A stretch of DNA of 64,000 nucleotides from Verrucomicrobiota bacterium (GTDB taxonomy: Bacteria; Verrucomicrobiota; Verrucomicrobiia; Opitutales; Seribacteraceae), in the NCBI GenBank assembly GCA_027622665.1, contig JAQBYT010000004.1, forward strand, positions 96,001-160,000, given 5' to 3'. Below are positions 42,829 to 53,722 of the stretch, one piece after another. Below the pieces are notes generated by a model, which was not told the DNA's origin, ran no database searches, and worked only from the letters and a program-made list of their open reading frames with translations. Position 1 is the stretch's first letter; each line of letters starts with the position of its first letter. Both the position numbers and the translations under genes were made by a program.

Positions 42829-45468
42829 TTAGTCGATGTAGACGAATTCATTGGCGTTGAGGAGGGTGTGACAAAGGGCGAAGATGCCTTTATTCTGGAT
42901 AGTGGTTTCGGCGGGCTTACGTTCCTCGCGGGAAGGGGGTCGCCCGAAGGCGAGGGCAAACCCGAGGCGGACTTGGGCGGCGGGATGGTCACCGGCTTCC
43001 TGCTTGAGGCGTTCGGCAAAGTAGCCGGCCTGTTTGAGCATGAATGGGTTGTTGCTCAGGGTGAGTGCCTGCAGGGGCGTGGTGGTGGTGAGGCGCTTGG
43101 GGGTGAGGTTGGCCGGGTCTGGGCAATCTAGGATGGTGAGGAACTCGTGCGGAGTGGTGCGGACCACAAAGCGGTAGATGCTGTGTCGCCAGAGTTCCGG
43201 CTTGTCCGGTGTGACATACTTGTAGATAGGGGCGTAGGCCTCCACGTACTTGAAATCGCGGAAACCGGGGCCTCCTGCTTGCAGGTTGAGTTTGCCAGTG
43301 GTGGCGAGGACGGCGTCGCGAATGGACTCGGCGTCGAGTCGTCGGGGGGTTTGTCGCCACAAAAGGCGGTTGTCGGCATCGTCCTTTGCCCCGTGGACGG
43401 TGTGGGAAACTTGTCGGTAAGCGTAGCTGTTGAGGATGGTGCGCTGGATGGCTTTGAGCGACCAGTTTTGGCTGAGCAGTTCCTCCGCCAGCCAGTCGAG
43501 CAGTTTGGGATGGGAAGGGGTGCTTCCACCGAAACCGAAGTCGCTCGGGGTGTCCACGATACCCTGACCGAAATGCCATTGCCAGAGCCGATTGACGATG
43601 ACCCGTCGTGTTAGTGGATTTTTAGAGTTTGTGATCCAACGGGCAAGGGCGGCCCTGCGATCGGTTTCCGGGGTTTCGTTCGTTCCGAGGTCGGGTTCAA
43701 GTGCCTCGACCCAGCGCAGGGTTCCGGGGGTGACTTCGTCCTTCGGGGCTTCGGGGTTGCCCCTGTAGAGTACTTTCACCATGGGCGGCTTCTTGGAAAC
43801 CACGCCATAGAACTCAGGGGGTTCACCCAAGGCGTTGAGTTGTTTTTCGAGACGGGCCTTTTCCGTACGCAGTTCCTCCAGGCGTTTGAGGTCCTTGGCC
43901 GCGAGGGTCGCTGGATTTGCCGGGACGAGACGGGGGTCGCCGAAACTGATCTGGTCGTGACTGTAGTCATTACCGCCATCGGTGGAGATGAAGGTGAGAA
44001 AACGGGTGTCGTTGGGGATTTCGAAGTCGATCGGCGCGGCATCGTTGCGCCCGAGTCGCTTGTGGGCCATGAGCTTTCCGTCCAGCAATACCCGAAACTC
44101 CGCGCTGGGTGCGACCGTGCGCCCGCCGTAGCCGGCGACGGCGCTGAAACGAAGTTCCCTGATGCCTGTTGCTTCGCGGATGGCGACAAGATCGAAGGTG
44201 ATGCCGGCGTTGGCATGAAGGCCGATCATGGAATGTCCCGGTTTGTTGTAGTCCATGCCGCCCCATTTGGTGGAGAACTGGCTGGCCACGGGACCGTTGC
44301 GTATCATGTCCCATGCCTTGCCGCCATTGGCCGGCAGGCTGGTTGCCTTGAGGTTGGTCGAACTGACCCTAGTCTCGCCTTCGGCCGGCACGAACACGCC
44401 GTCGATGAAATCGTAGGAGCACTTGGCGTAGTTGCCCGGCTTGACGTTGCCTAGATCGCCGAAGTTTCGTTCCTGCATTTTGCCCGTGCGTGCATCCAAG
44501 CCGATCCCTTTACGTCCGGAACCAAAGCCGTTGCCGCCACCCACCAGGTCGGCCAAGTCCACCCCTTGACCCTGCAGTTCCCCGATGGCGAACTGGGTCT
44601 TGTCGATGGCATCGCCAAGTCGTTTCTTTTCCGCATTGAATTTCTTGAGAGCCGGCCCACTAATTTTACGTTTCTCGCGCTTGAGTCCGGCGAAAACTGC
44701 CATGAGGCGGTAGTAATCCTCTTGAGGAATGCCATCCAACTTGTGGTCGTGACACCTTGCGCAGTTGATCGTCATGGCCGTGGCGGCGGTCATGACCTGC
44801 GTCACCATGTCGTCCAGGTCGAGGGCCCGGGCGCTTCTCCTGAGGACGGGACTCTTGGTCTCGACCTGACCGACGAAGTCCCATGGCCCGGCGGCGAGAA
44901 AGCCTGTAGCTACGATGGCATCCTTGTCGTCCGGCCAGAGGGCGTCACCCGCTATTTGCTCCTGCATGAACCGGTCGTAGGGCTTGTCCTCGTTGAAGGA
45001 CTGGATGACGTAGTCTCGGTAATGCCAGGCGTTCGGTCGTAGCTTGTCGCGTTCGAAGCCATGGGTGTCGGCATAATGGGCGATGTCCAACCAGTGTCTG
45101 GCGAAGCGTTCGCCGTAGTGGGGCGAGTCGAGCAGTTCGTCGACCAGTTTCTCGTAGGCCTTTGGGTCCTTGCTCGCAACGAATGCCTCGACCGCCTCCG
45201 GTTTCGGCGGCAGGCCGTGCAAGTCAAAGGACAACCTGCGGATCAGTGTGCGCTGGTTGGCTTCGGGAGAAGGTTTTAGTTTATTGGCTACCAACCGTTT
45301 TTGTACGAAAGCATCGATGGGGTTGCGGGTTTCGGTCAGCGAACCATCCGGTTTTGGAACCTTAGGACGTTTCACCGGTTGCAGCGACCAAATGTCCTCG
45401 GTCTCTCCCCGGGCCGAGAAGGCAAGGGGAATACCAAAAGCCAGAGCCAAGACAAGAAACCTATGCAC
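42829..45468 (-). CDS. PSD1 protein (DUF1549 + NPCBM-like insert + DUF1553)
   Basis: GTG 45468 start with signal peptide; YGERFARHWLDIAHYAD, CARCHDHK, RVIVNRLWQWHFGQG and TTTPLQALTL. Confidence 0.9.
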   Translation of the reverse strand: MHRFLVLALAFGIPLAFSARGETEDIWSLQPVKRPKVPKPDGSLTETRNPIDAFVQKRLVANKLKPSPEANQRTLIRRLSFDLHGLPPKPEAVEAFVASKDPKAYEKLVDELLDSPHYGERFARHWLDIAHYADTHGFERDKLRPNAWHYRDYVIQSFNEDKPYDRFMQEQIAGDALWPDDKDAIVATGFLAAGPWDFVGQVETKSPVLRRSARALDLDDMVTQVMTAATAMTINCARCHDHKLDGIPQEDYYRLMAVFAGLKREKRKISGPALKKFNAEKKRLGDAIDKTQFAIGELQGQGVDLADLVGGGNGFGSGRKGIGLDARTGKMQERNFGDLGNVKPGNYAKCSYDFIDGVFVPAEGETRVSSTNLKATSLPANGGKAWDMIRNGPVASQFSTKWGGMDYNKPGHSMIGLHANAGITFDLVAIREATGIRELRFSAVAGYGGRTVAPSAEFRVLLDGKLMAHKRLGRNDAAPIDFEIPNDTRFLTFISTDGGNDYSHDQISFGDPRLVPANPATLAAKDLKRLEELRTEKARLEKQLNALGEPPEFYGVVSKKPPMVKVLYRGNPEAPKDEVTPGTLRWVEALEPDLGTNETPETDRRAALARWITNSKNPLTRRVIVNRLWQWHFGQGIVDTPSDFGFGGSTPSHPKLLDWLAEELLSQNWSLKAIQRTILNSYAYRQVSHTVHGAKDDADNRLLWRQTPRRLDAESIRDAVLATTGKLNLQAGGPGFRDFKYVEAYAPIYKYVTPDKPELWRHSIYRFVVRTTPHEFLTILDCPDPANLTPKRLTTTTPLQALTLSNNPFMLKQAGYFAERLKQEAGDHPAAQVRLGFALAFGRPPSREERKPAETTIQNKGIFALCHTLLNANEFVYID

Positions 45469-45476
45469 AGCGAAAA

Positions 45477-46031
45477 TCAGGTGTTTGCAACCAGCAACTC
45501 GATGAACTTGCCAAAGTACTGGCCGTTGTCGTGGAAGGTGCGCCCGCTTACCAGGTTGCCGTCGACCACGCAGGGCTCGTCGACGAAGGTTCCTCCACAG
45601 ATTTCGAGGTCGAACTTGCACTTGGGAACGGTGGCCATGCGACGCCCGCGGACCCGGTCCGCCCGGGCGGGAATCTCCACGCCGTGGCATACGCTGGCAA
45701 TCGGCAGGTCGTTGTCGAAGAAATATTGGGTGATGCGGATGAGGTCGAGATCCTCCCGGATGTATTCAGGGGCCCGTCCCCCGGAGAAAAAGATTCCGGC
45801 ATACTCGGACTCGACGATTTCACTGAAGGCGATTTTGGCCTCGATGGTGTAACCCTCCCACTCCTTGGTTATGGTCCAGCCCGGCTTTACCTCGTGCATG
45901 ACCATCTGGTAAGTCTTTTTCTCGGGCCCGGCGACGACCGGCTCGATGCCTGCCTCCTGGAGACGGTAGAATGGATAGAGGGTGTCGAGGGTTTCCGATG
46001 CATCCCCCACGATGATGAGTACTTTGTTCAT
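45477..46031 (-). CDS. DJ-1/PfpI family protein
   Basis: GDASETLD, SGGRAPEY, SVCHG (catalytic Cys) and VVDGNLVSGR. Confidence 0.92.
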   Translation of the reverse strand: MNKVLIIVGDASETLDTLYPFYRLQEAGIEPVVAGPEKKTYQMVMHEVKPGWTITKEWEGYTIEAKIAFSEIVESEYAGIFFSGGRAPEYIREDLDLIRITQYFFDNDLPIASVCHGVEIPARADRVRGRRMATVPKCKFDLEICGGTFVDEPCVVDGNLVSGRTFHDNGQYFGKFIELLVANT

Positions 46032-46127
46032 TTCTTTTGTTTCTGTTCTATGGATGATATTAATTTTAGACGTAATTAATTAATCCTATACGAATTGATT
46101 TTCCAGAAAATGAATCATATCAAATTT

Positions 46128-46159
46128 AAAGACCCGCTGGTATGAACCAGCGGGTCTTT
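46128..46159 (-). terminator. Intrinsic terminator-like hairpin downstream of katG
   Basis: Perfect 14-bp stem AAAGACCCGCTGGT-ATGA-ACCAGCGGGTCTTT, about 40 nt past the katG stop; the U-tract is short. Confidence 0.7.
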
Positions 46160-46201
46160 GATCCAAATATTATTTTAAGTTTTCTTCTGACCGGATCAAA
46201 A

Positions 46202-48574
<2,373 letters not shown>

Positions 48575-48696
48575 TTACGCTTTCAATTCTATATTCGGAT
48601 ACTTGACTGAGGCAAGTCATGTGTAGGATTTTAGACGAATTATTTTAAATTATCCAGTCCCAAACTGGTCAGATCGGAATCTTTCATTTACTACCT

Positions 48697-49056
48697 TTAC
48701 ATCATGAGTTTTTCGTTCATGTCTTCCCTGACCACTCGTTCACCGGTAAGCCTTGCTCCTCCCTTGGTGAGTGTGCCCACGCTGATTACGAACTCGGTTT
48801 GGAGTTCGTTGAGTTTCTTCACCGCCCGGGGGAAGCCGCCGTGCCTGACCCCGCCCGTTCGGTTCGACACCAGGGCGAACCGGAAATTGTTCGGGTCGTT
48901 GAGAAATGTCTTATTCGTCCACGGCTTCTTCTCCTTGGTCACGGAATGCTTGAAGAGGATGCCATGGCTTTCATCGTCATGGACCCATGCGATGAGAGAC
49001 AGAAAAAGGCAGGCCAATAAAAGCAGTCGGGCAGGAGTCGCCATAGCTTGTTGCAT
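48697..49056 (-). pseudogene. Truncated calcineurin-like metallophosphoesterase
   Basis: KKPWT...NFRFALVSNRTGG...AVKKLNELQTEFVISVGTL. The family's metal-binding Asp positions read N and T, and the ORF ends after about 120 aa. Confidence 0.65.
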
Positions 49057-49079
49057 TAGGTTCGTGGTAAAATGATGGA

Positions 49080-49502
49080 TCACTTGTTTTGTTCCACGAA
49101 TAGGTCCATGGCGACTACCGCTTCGTTCAGGGTTTGGTAGCGGGCCACGGTCGCCTTGGGGTTGCCCGAGAGCATGGCGGAGAGGCGGCAGTCGGGATTG
49201 CCGACATCGAATAGGCAGAGGATTGACTTGCCCAGCTTTTCCGCGAGACCCAGCTCGTAGCCCACGCCGAGAGAAGGGGTGGTAACCTCTGCGACCACGG
49301 CGTCGCATTCTTCCAACCAAGCCATGTCGCGGGCATGGATTTGGTTGTCCGATAGGTCATGTTCGCCCCCGTCGCTGAGGGCCTTGTTCCCGACGTGTTC
49401 GGTCAGCACTTCGGCGTGGGTTTGCAGGTGGGCGATCATTGCGTGGTAGGTCGAGGCGTCCTGTCGCCCGCCCCGTATGGCCCCCGCAAAGTAGATTTTC
49501 AT
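49080..49502 (-). CDS. Nucleoside 2-deoxyribosyltransferase / DNPH1(Rcl)-like N-hydrolase
   Basis: MKIYFAGAIRGGRQD, VLTEHV, IHARDMAWL...DAVVAEVTTPSLGVGYELG and LSAML. Confidence 0.9.
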   Translation of the reverse strand: MKIYFAGAIRGGRQDASTYHAMIAHLQTHAEVLTEHVGNKALSDGGEHDLSDNQIHARDMAWLEECDAVVAEVTTPSLGVGYELGLAEKLGKSILCLFDVGNPDCRLSAMLSGNPKATVARYQTLNEAVVAMDLFVEQNK

Positions 49503-49509
49503 GGCATGG

Positions 49510-49958
49510 CTATTTCGAATGCAGCTTGTTCCGGGCCCCGATGGATCTCTTGAGGTGGTCGCGCGAATCGCCGCGGATGGCGTAGCACTGGAACCCGAGG
49601 TTGCCGTTGAAGCCGAATTCGCGAAGCATCTGGAAAAGTGCGGCTTGATCGTAGCTGCCACGGTCCAAAGTCTGAATGAGCTGTCCCCAACTGCTTCCTC
49701 CTTTTTCTGCGCCGGCAGGTACTGTCTTGCCAAAGAAGTGGCTTGGCCTCGGTGAAGGTTGCCTTGAGGTCAGTCTTTGGCTTCACCTTGAAGTGATGCA
49801 AGTTGAACATCACGCCTACGCTTTTCCGTTTGTATTTGCGGGCCACGCCCACGCTGGCGGCGATCACGGGCTCAATTCCGGCTTCCTGCAAGCAGTGGTA
49901 GGGATTCAAGGTATCCAGAGTTTCCGATGCGTCGGCCACGATGATGAGTAATTTCTTT
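49510..49958 (-). pseudogene. Chimeric relic: DJ-1/PfpI N-terminus fused to a sugar-phosphate isomerase C-terminus
   Basis: 49860-49958 mirrors the start of the DJ-1 gene (KKLLIIVADASETLDTL). 49510-49850 is a diverged, frameshifted copy of 51404-51745. No start codon. Confidence 0.85.
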
Positions 49959-51396
49959 AATTTAAATTCTTAAGTTCTTCAAGCATTTCAAATAGCTGTT
50001 TGATGAGCATGTCGGAAGACTGGGGCTGAAAGCGGGAGGTGCCCAACCAGGTCTCGTAGCCCCCCAGCTTGTGCTGGTTGGGAGGAGGCAGGTATCCGTA
50101 GCCACCGTTGGCCAGCCCGATCAGAAAGGTCCGTTCGAAGGGGCTCTTCTCCTTGATCTCGAGTCCGATTTCCACGAGGACCTCAAAGGGCATACTGACG
50201 ATGGCTTGTTCCCCGATCCTGACTGCCTGAATGAGGACGGGTTCGGTTTCGGGGTGCTCTGGGCCCGAATACTCGATCACCCGGTTGGCCACGGAAGTGG
50301 TCCGTTTGTTGATCTCTCCTCTCTCCTTGGAGCTTTTCTTGAGCAGACCCTCGGCGAGAATGATTTCCCTCCTTGCCGGCTTGCGGTAGGGCAGGTCGAC
50401 TTCGCGCTGGAGAACCGTCACGATGGGTTTGTCGTTGTAGTTCTCGATCTTCTTGACCGCCCGCCATGCGGTGTCGGCTGCCTTGGAGGCGACGATGCGT
50501 ACTTGTTCGAACGGTGAGCGTGGAGCCCGAGTCCCGTTAAAGACGAGGTTGTTGATGTCCCCACTGGCTCCGTTGGTCATGAGGGCGACAAAATCCTCAG
50601 GTGGATTGCTTCCGCCGATCCGGTAGGGCATGACCCGGGAGAACTCACCGAAGTAGTCGGCTGATGCCATTCCTACCAATCGTCCGTTTTCCTCCTTCAC
50701 CTTGGGAATGCCCCCGACATAGTGCAGGGCATAATTGGCGATGAGGGCGAGAGGCTTGTTACGGGTGGTCCGGACGTCGATGACGCAAAGTTCGGGATCG
50801 ATCGGGCCAGCCGGTTTGACCAAGTGGTTGCGGTTGGCGTTGGTCTTGACCTGATCCTGTTCGCCAAGCGGGTTGGGAGGCATGGTTCCGGGTTGTAGAA
50901 ACCAGCGCCGGTTGCGCACCTCGGTCGGTTCCACGTCGGAGGAAAAGCCTACCTTGGCCGGTTGCAGGGATTTGATGGCTTCGACGATGGCTTCCTCCAG
51001 TTTCTCGTGCTTGAGCTTTTCGTAAGCTTCCTTGCCCGGCGTTCCCTCTCCACCTTTGGGGGCCGAGTGTGTGTGCGTGGCGCAAATTAGCATTTCCTCA
51101 GTCTTCCAACCAGTCTTTTTGGCCGCTCGGTCCTTGGCGAGATCGGACATCTCGCGACCGATGCCGATGGCGTCGATCAGGCAGATGACAGCCCGTCCAT
51201 TGCCGTACTCGAAGGCAACCGCCCGGACATGCAGAGGATCATGAACGTGATCGGATTTCCCCGAGCGCAACTGAATGGGGAAGACCGTGGGGGTCATGTC
51301 AATGCAGGCGGCTCCCGCTCTGAATACATCCGATTGAGCATGTAATGCGAAGGTTGAGAAAATCGAAAAGGAAAGGAAAGCCAAGTACTTCTTCAT
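49957..51396 (-). CDS. Neutral/alkaline ceramidase-like exported hydrolase
   Basis: Signal peptide MKKYLAFL; VHDPLHVRA, ICATHTHSAP, NYALHY, NGASGDIN and GLANGGYGYLP...GGYE. Confidence 0.8.
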   Translation of the reverse strand: MKKYLAFLSFSIFSTFALHAQSDVFRAGAACIDMTPTVFPIQLRSGKSDHVHDPLHVRAVAFEYGNGRAVICLIDAIGIGREMSDLAKDRAAKKTGWKTEEMLICATHTHSAPKGGEGTPGKEAYEKLKHEKLEEAIVEAIKSLQPAKVGFSSDVEPTEVRNRRWFLQPGTMPPNPLGEQDQVKTNANRNHLVKPAGPIDPELCVIDVRTTRNKPLALIANYALHYVGGIPKVKEENGRLVGMASADYFGEFSRVMPYRIGGSNPPEDFVALMTNGASGDINNLVFNGTRAPRSPFEQVRIVASKAADTAWRAVKKIENYNDKPIVTVLQREVDLPYRKPARREIILAEGLLKKSSKERGEINKRTTSVANRVIEYSGPEHPETEPVLIQAVRIGEQAIVSMPFEVLVEIGLEIKEKSPFERTFLIGLANGGYGYLPPPNQHKLGGYETWLGTSRFQPQSSDMLIKQLFEMLEELKNLN

Positions 51397-51403
51397 GGTA
51401 CCA

Positions 51404-52234
51404 TTATTTCGAATTGAGTTTGTTCCAGGCCGCGATGGATCGCTTGAGGTTCTCCCGGGAATCACCTCGTATGGCGTAACACTGGAACCCGACATTTCCC
51501 TTGAAGTCGAGCTCTCGAAGCATCTGGAAAAGAGCTTTTTGGTCATAACTGCCGCGATCCAGCGTCTGGATGAGCTGCCCCCAGCTGCTGCCCCCTTTTT
51601 CGGCTCCACAGGTACTGACCTGCCAAAGAAGAGGCGTGGCCTCGGTGAGGGCGGCCTTGAGATCGGCCTTTGGCTCCACCTTGAGGTAGTGGCACAAGTT
51701 GAACATAACGCCCACGTTTTCCCGTTTGCATTTGCGGGCCACCCGTACGGCGTCGCCCAAGGTATCGACGTAAAATCCGGCATGTGGGTAGAGCACGATG
51801 CGCAGGCCCGACTCCTTGGCCTGATCGGCGATCTCCCGCACGAAGGCCACCGCCTGCTCGTCGGTGTTGGTTTTCTTGTTCCCTTGGACGTACAGTTCAA
51901 GAATAGTGTTTCTTCCCTTCAGTTCCTTGATCGCCTGAACGATTTCCTTGTCGTAGCTGTGCCCCTTGGAGCCCAGTTTCCCGCCGACGTAGAAACTGAA
52001 CAGCTTGAGGCCTGAATCGTCGTAGAGCTTAAGGCGCTGGGGTAGGGGCACGGCGTCCTTCACCCGGGCCGAACCAATGCCGTCGTAGCCCAACTCCTTC
52101 AGTACCTTGACGCGTTCCTCGGCACTCTTGAAATGAACCCCGTTCTGGAAGGCGTAGACAGGCAAGGTTTCCGTCTTGGCATTTAGTTGAGGCGATATGG
52201 TCAGAAGCAGTAAGATAGAGGCAATTGTTTTCAT
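51404..52234 (-). CDS. Sugar phosphate isomerase/epimerase (xylose isomerase-like TIM barrel)
   Basis: Signal peptide MKTIASILL; LKELGYDGI, LYPHAGF, VGVMFNLCHYLK and GFQCY. Confidence 0.82.
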   Translation of the reverse strand: MKTIASILLLLTISPQLNAKTETLPVYAFQNGVHFKSAEERVKVLKELGYDGIGSARVKDAVPLPQRLKLYDDSGLKLFSFYVGGKLGSKGHSYDKEIVQAIKELKGRNTILELYVQGNKKTNTDEQAVAFVREIADQAKESGLRIVLYPHAGFYVDTLGDAVRVARKCKRENVGVMFNLCHYLKVEPKADLKAALTEATPLLWQVSTCGAEKGGSSWGQLIQTLDRGSYDQKALFQMLRELDFKGNVGFQCYAIRGDSRENLKRSIAAWNKLNSK

Positions 52235-52244
52235 GGGTGATTCT

Positions 52245-53722
52245 TCAAGCAACGACTTCCTTGATGACATGACCATGGACGTCGGTGAGGCGGCGCTCGG
52301 TGCCGTTGTGGTAATAGGAGAGCCTTTCGTGGTTGAGTCCAAGCAGGTGCAGTATGGTGGCGTGAAAGTCGTGCACGGTGGCAATATCCTGTTCGGCCTT
52401 CCACCCGAAGGCGTCGGTGGCACCGTGGGAATAAGGTGCATTGACGCCAGCTCCCGCAAGCCAACCCGTGAAGCCTGCAGGGTTGTGGTCGCGTCCGCTG
52501 GCTCCTTTCTGGAAGGTTGGCATTCTGCCGAATTCTGTGCACCAGACTACGAGGACGTCGTCCAGCATGCCGCGATTCTTGAGATCACGGATAAGGGCGG
52601 CGGCGGGTTGGTCGAGAATGTGGGCGTGGCCGGGATATTGTGCCTCGATTGATTTGTGCCCGTCCCAGTTGCCCACGCCTTCCCCCATGGCATAGGAGCC
52701 GTTGAAGAGTTGGACGAAGCGGACTCCTTTTTCGAGAAGTCGCCGGGCGAGGATGCAGTTCTGGGCGAAACCGGCACGATCCTTGTTCTTGACGTCGTCG
52801 GCGCCGTATTCCTTCAGGATGGAAGCGGGTTCCTTGGACAAGTCGGTCACCTCGGGGATGGACATCTGCATGCGTGCGGCCAGTTCGTACCCAGTTATAC
52901 GGGCGGCCAGTTCGGAGTCTCCTGGATACTTTTTAAGGTGGCGCTCGTTGATCCGCTTGAGCAGCTCGCGTCCATCCTTGTCCGTCTTGCCGGAGAATTG
53001 GGGGGGGGGAACAGGTGCCGAATCTTTTTGGAGGCACTGAAGGGCGTACCCTGAAACTGGGCGGGCAGAAAGGCATTGGACCAGTTGTTGACGGAGGCTT
53101 GGGGGTTGCCCCTTGGGTCGGGAATGGAGACGAAGGCAGGCAGGTCCTCATTTTCGGTTCCGAGGGCGTAGGTCGTCCAGGCTCCCATGGAAGGGAATCC
53201 CTCAAGGATGAATCCGGTGGACATATAGGTCTCACCGGGACCGTGGGTGTTGGTTTTGCTAGTCAGTGAGTGGATGAAGGCGATGTCGTCGGCCAGTGAT
53301 CCCAACTGGGGGAGCAAGTCGCTCGTCATCTTTCCGCATGCACCCCTTGGCTTGAATTCGCGCAGGGGCTTGATGAGGTTGCCGTTCTCTCCCTGGAAGG
53401 TGTTCACGATACCGGGCAGCGGTGTGTTATGTCGCTTGATCAGCTCGGGTTTGTAATCCCAGGTGTCGACGTGGCTGACGGCGCCGGTGCAGTAGATCAC
53501 CAGGACTTGCTTGGCCTGGGCGGGGAAATGCGTCTTGCGGGCGGCATAAGGGTGTGCTGGATGAATCTCGGGTCGTATGGGATTCCCCAGCAAGCCTTCG
53601 TCTGCCAACAATCCTGCCAATGCCATGCCGCCGAACGCCGTACCCGAATGGCGCAGGAAGTCGCGCCGGTTGAGTAGCGAGGTTCCTGCAGGTGATATGT
53701 TCTCAGGTTGAGGCGACTTCAT
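52245..53722 (-). pseudogene. DUF1501-family gene split by a frameshift in a G10/C10 tract
   Basis: The 5' ORF (NRRDFL...SHVDTWDYKP...RHLFPPP) and the 3' frame ([14 protein letters not shown]...ELAARMQMS...EFGRMP...GRDHNP) meet at the homopolymer 53000-53009. Confidence 0.85.
53000..53009. repeat. G10 homopolymer tract
   Basis: ...GAATT GGGGGGGGGG AACAGG... lies exactly at the frame break. Confidence 0.9.

Noticed and set aside
48601..48617. ACTTG-N7-CAAGT palindrome upstream of katG as a peroxide-regulator site
   Set aside because: The arms are only 5 bp, it occurs once, and I cannot match it to a known box.
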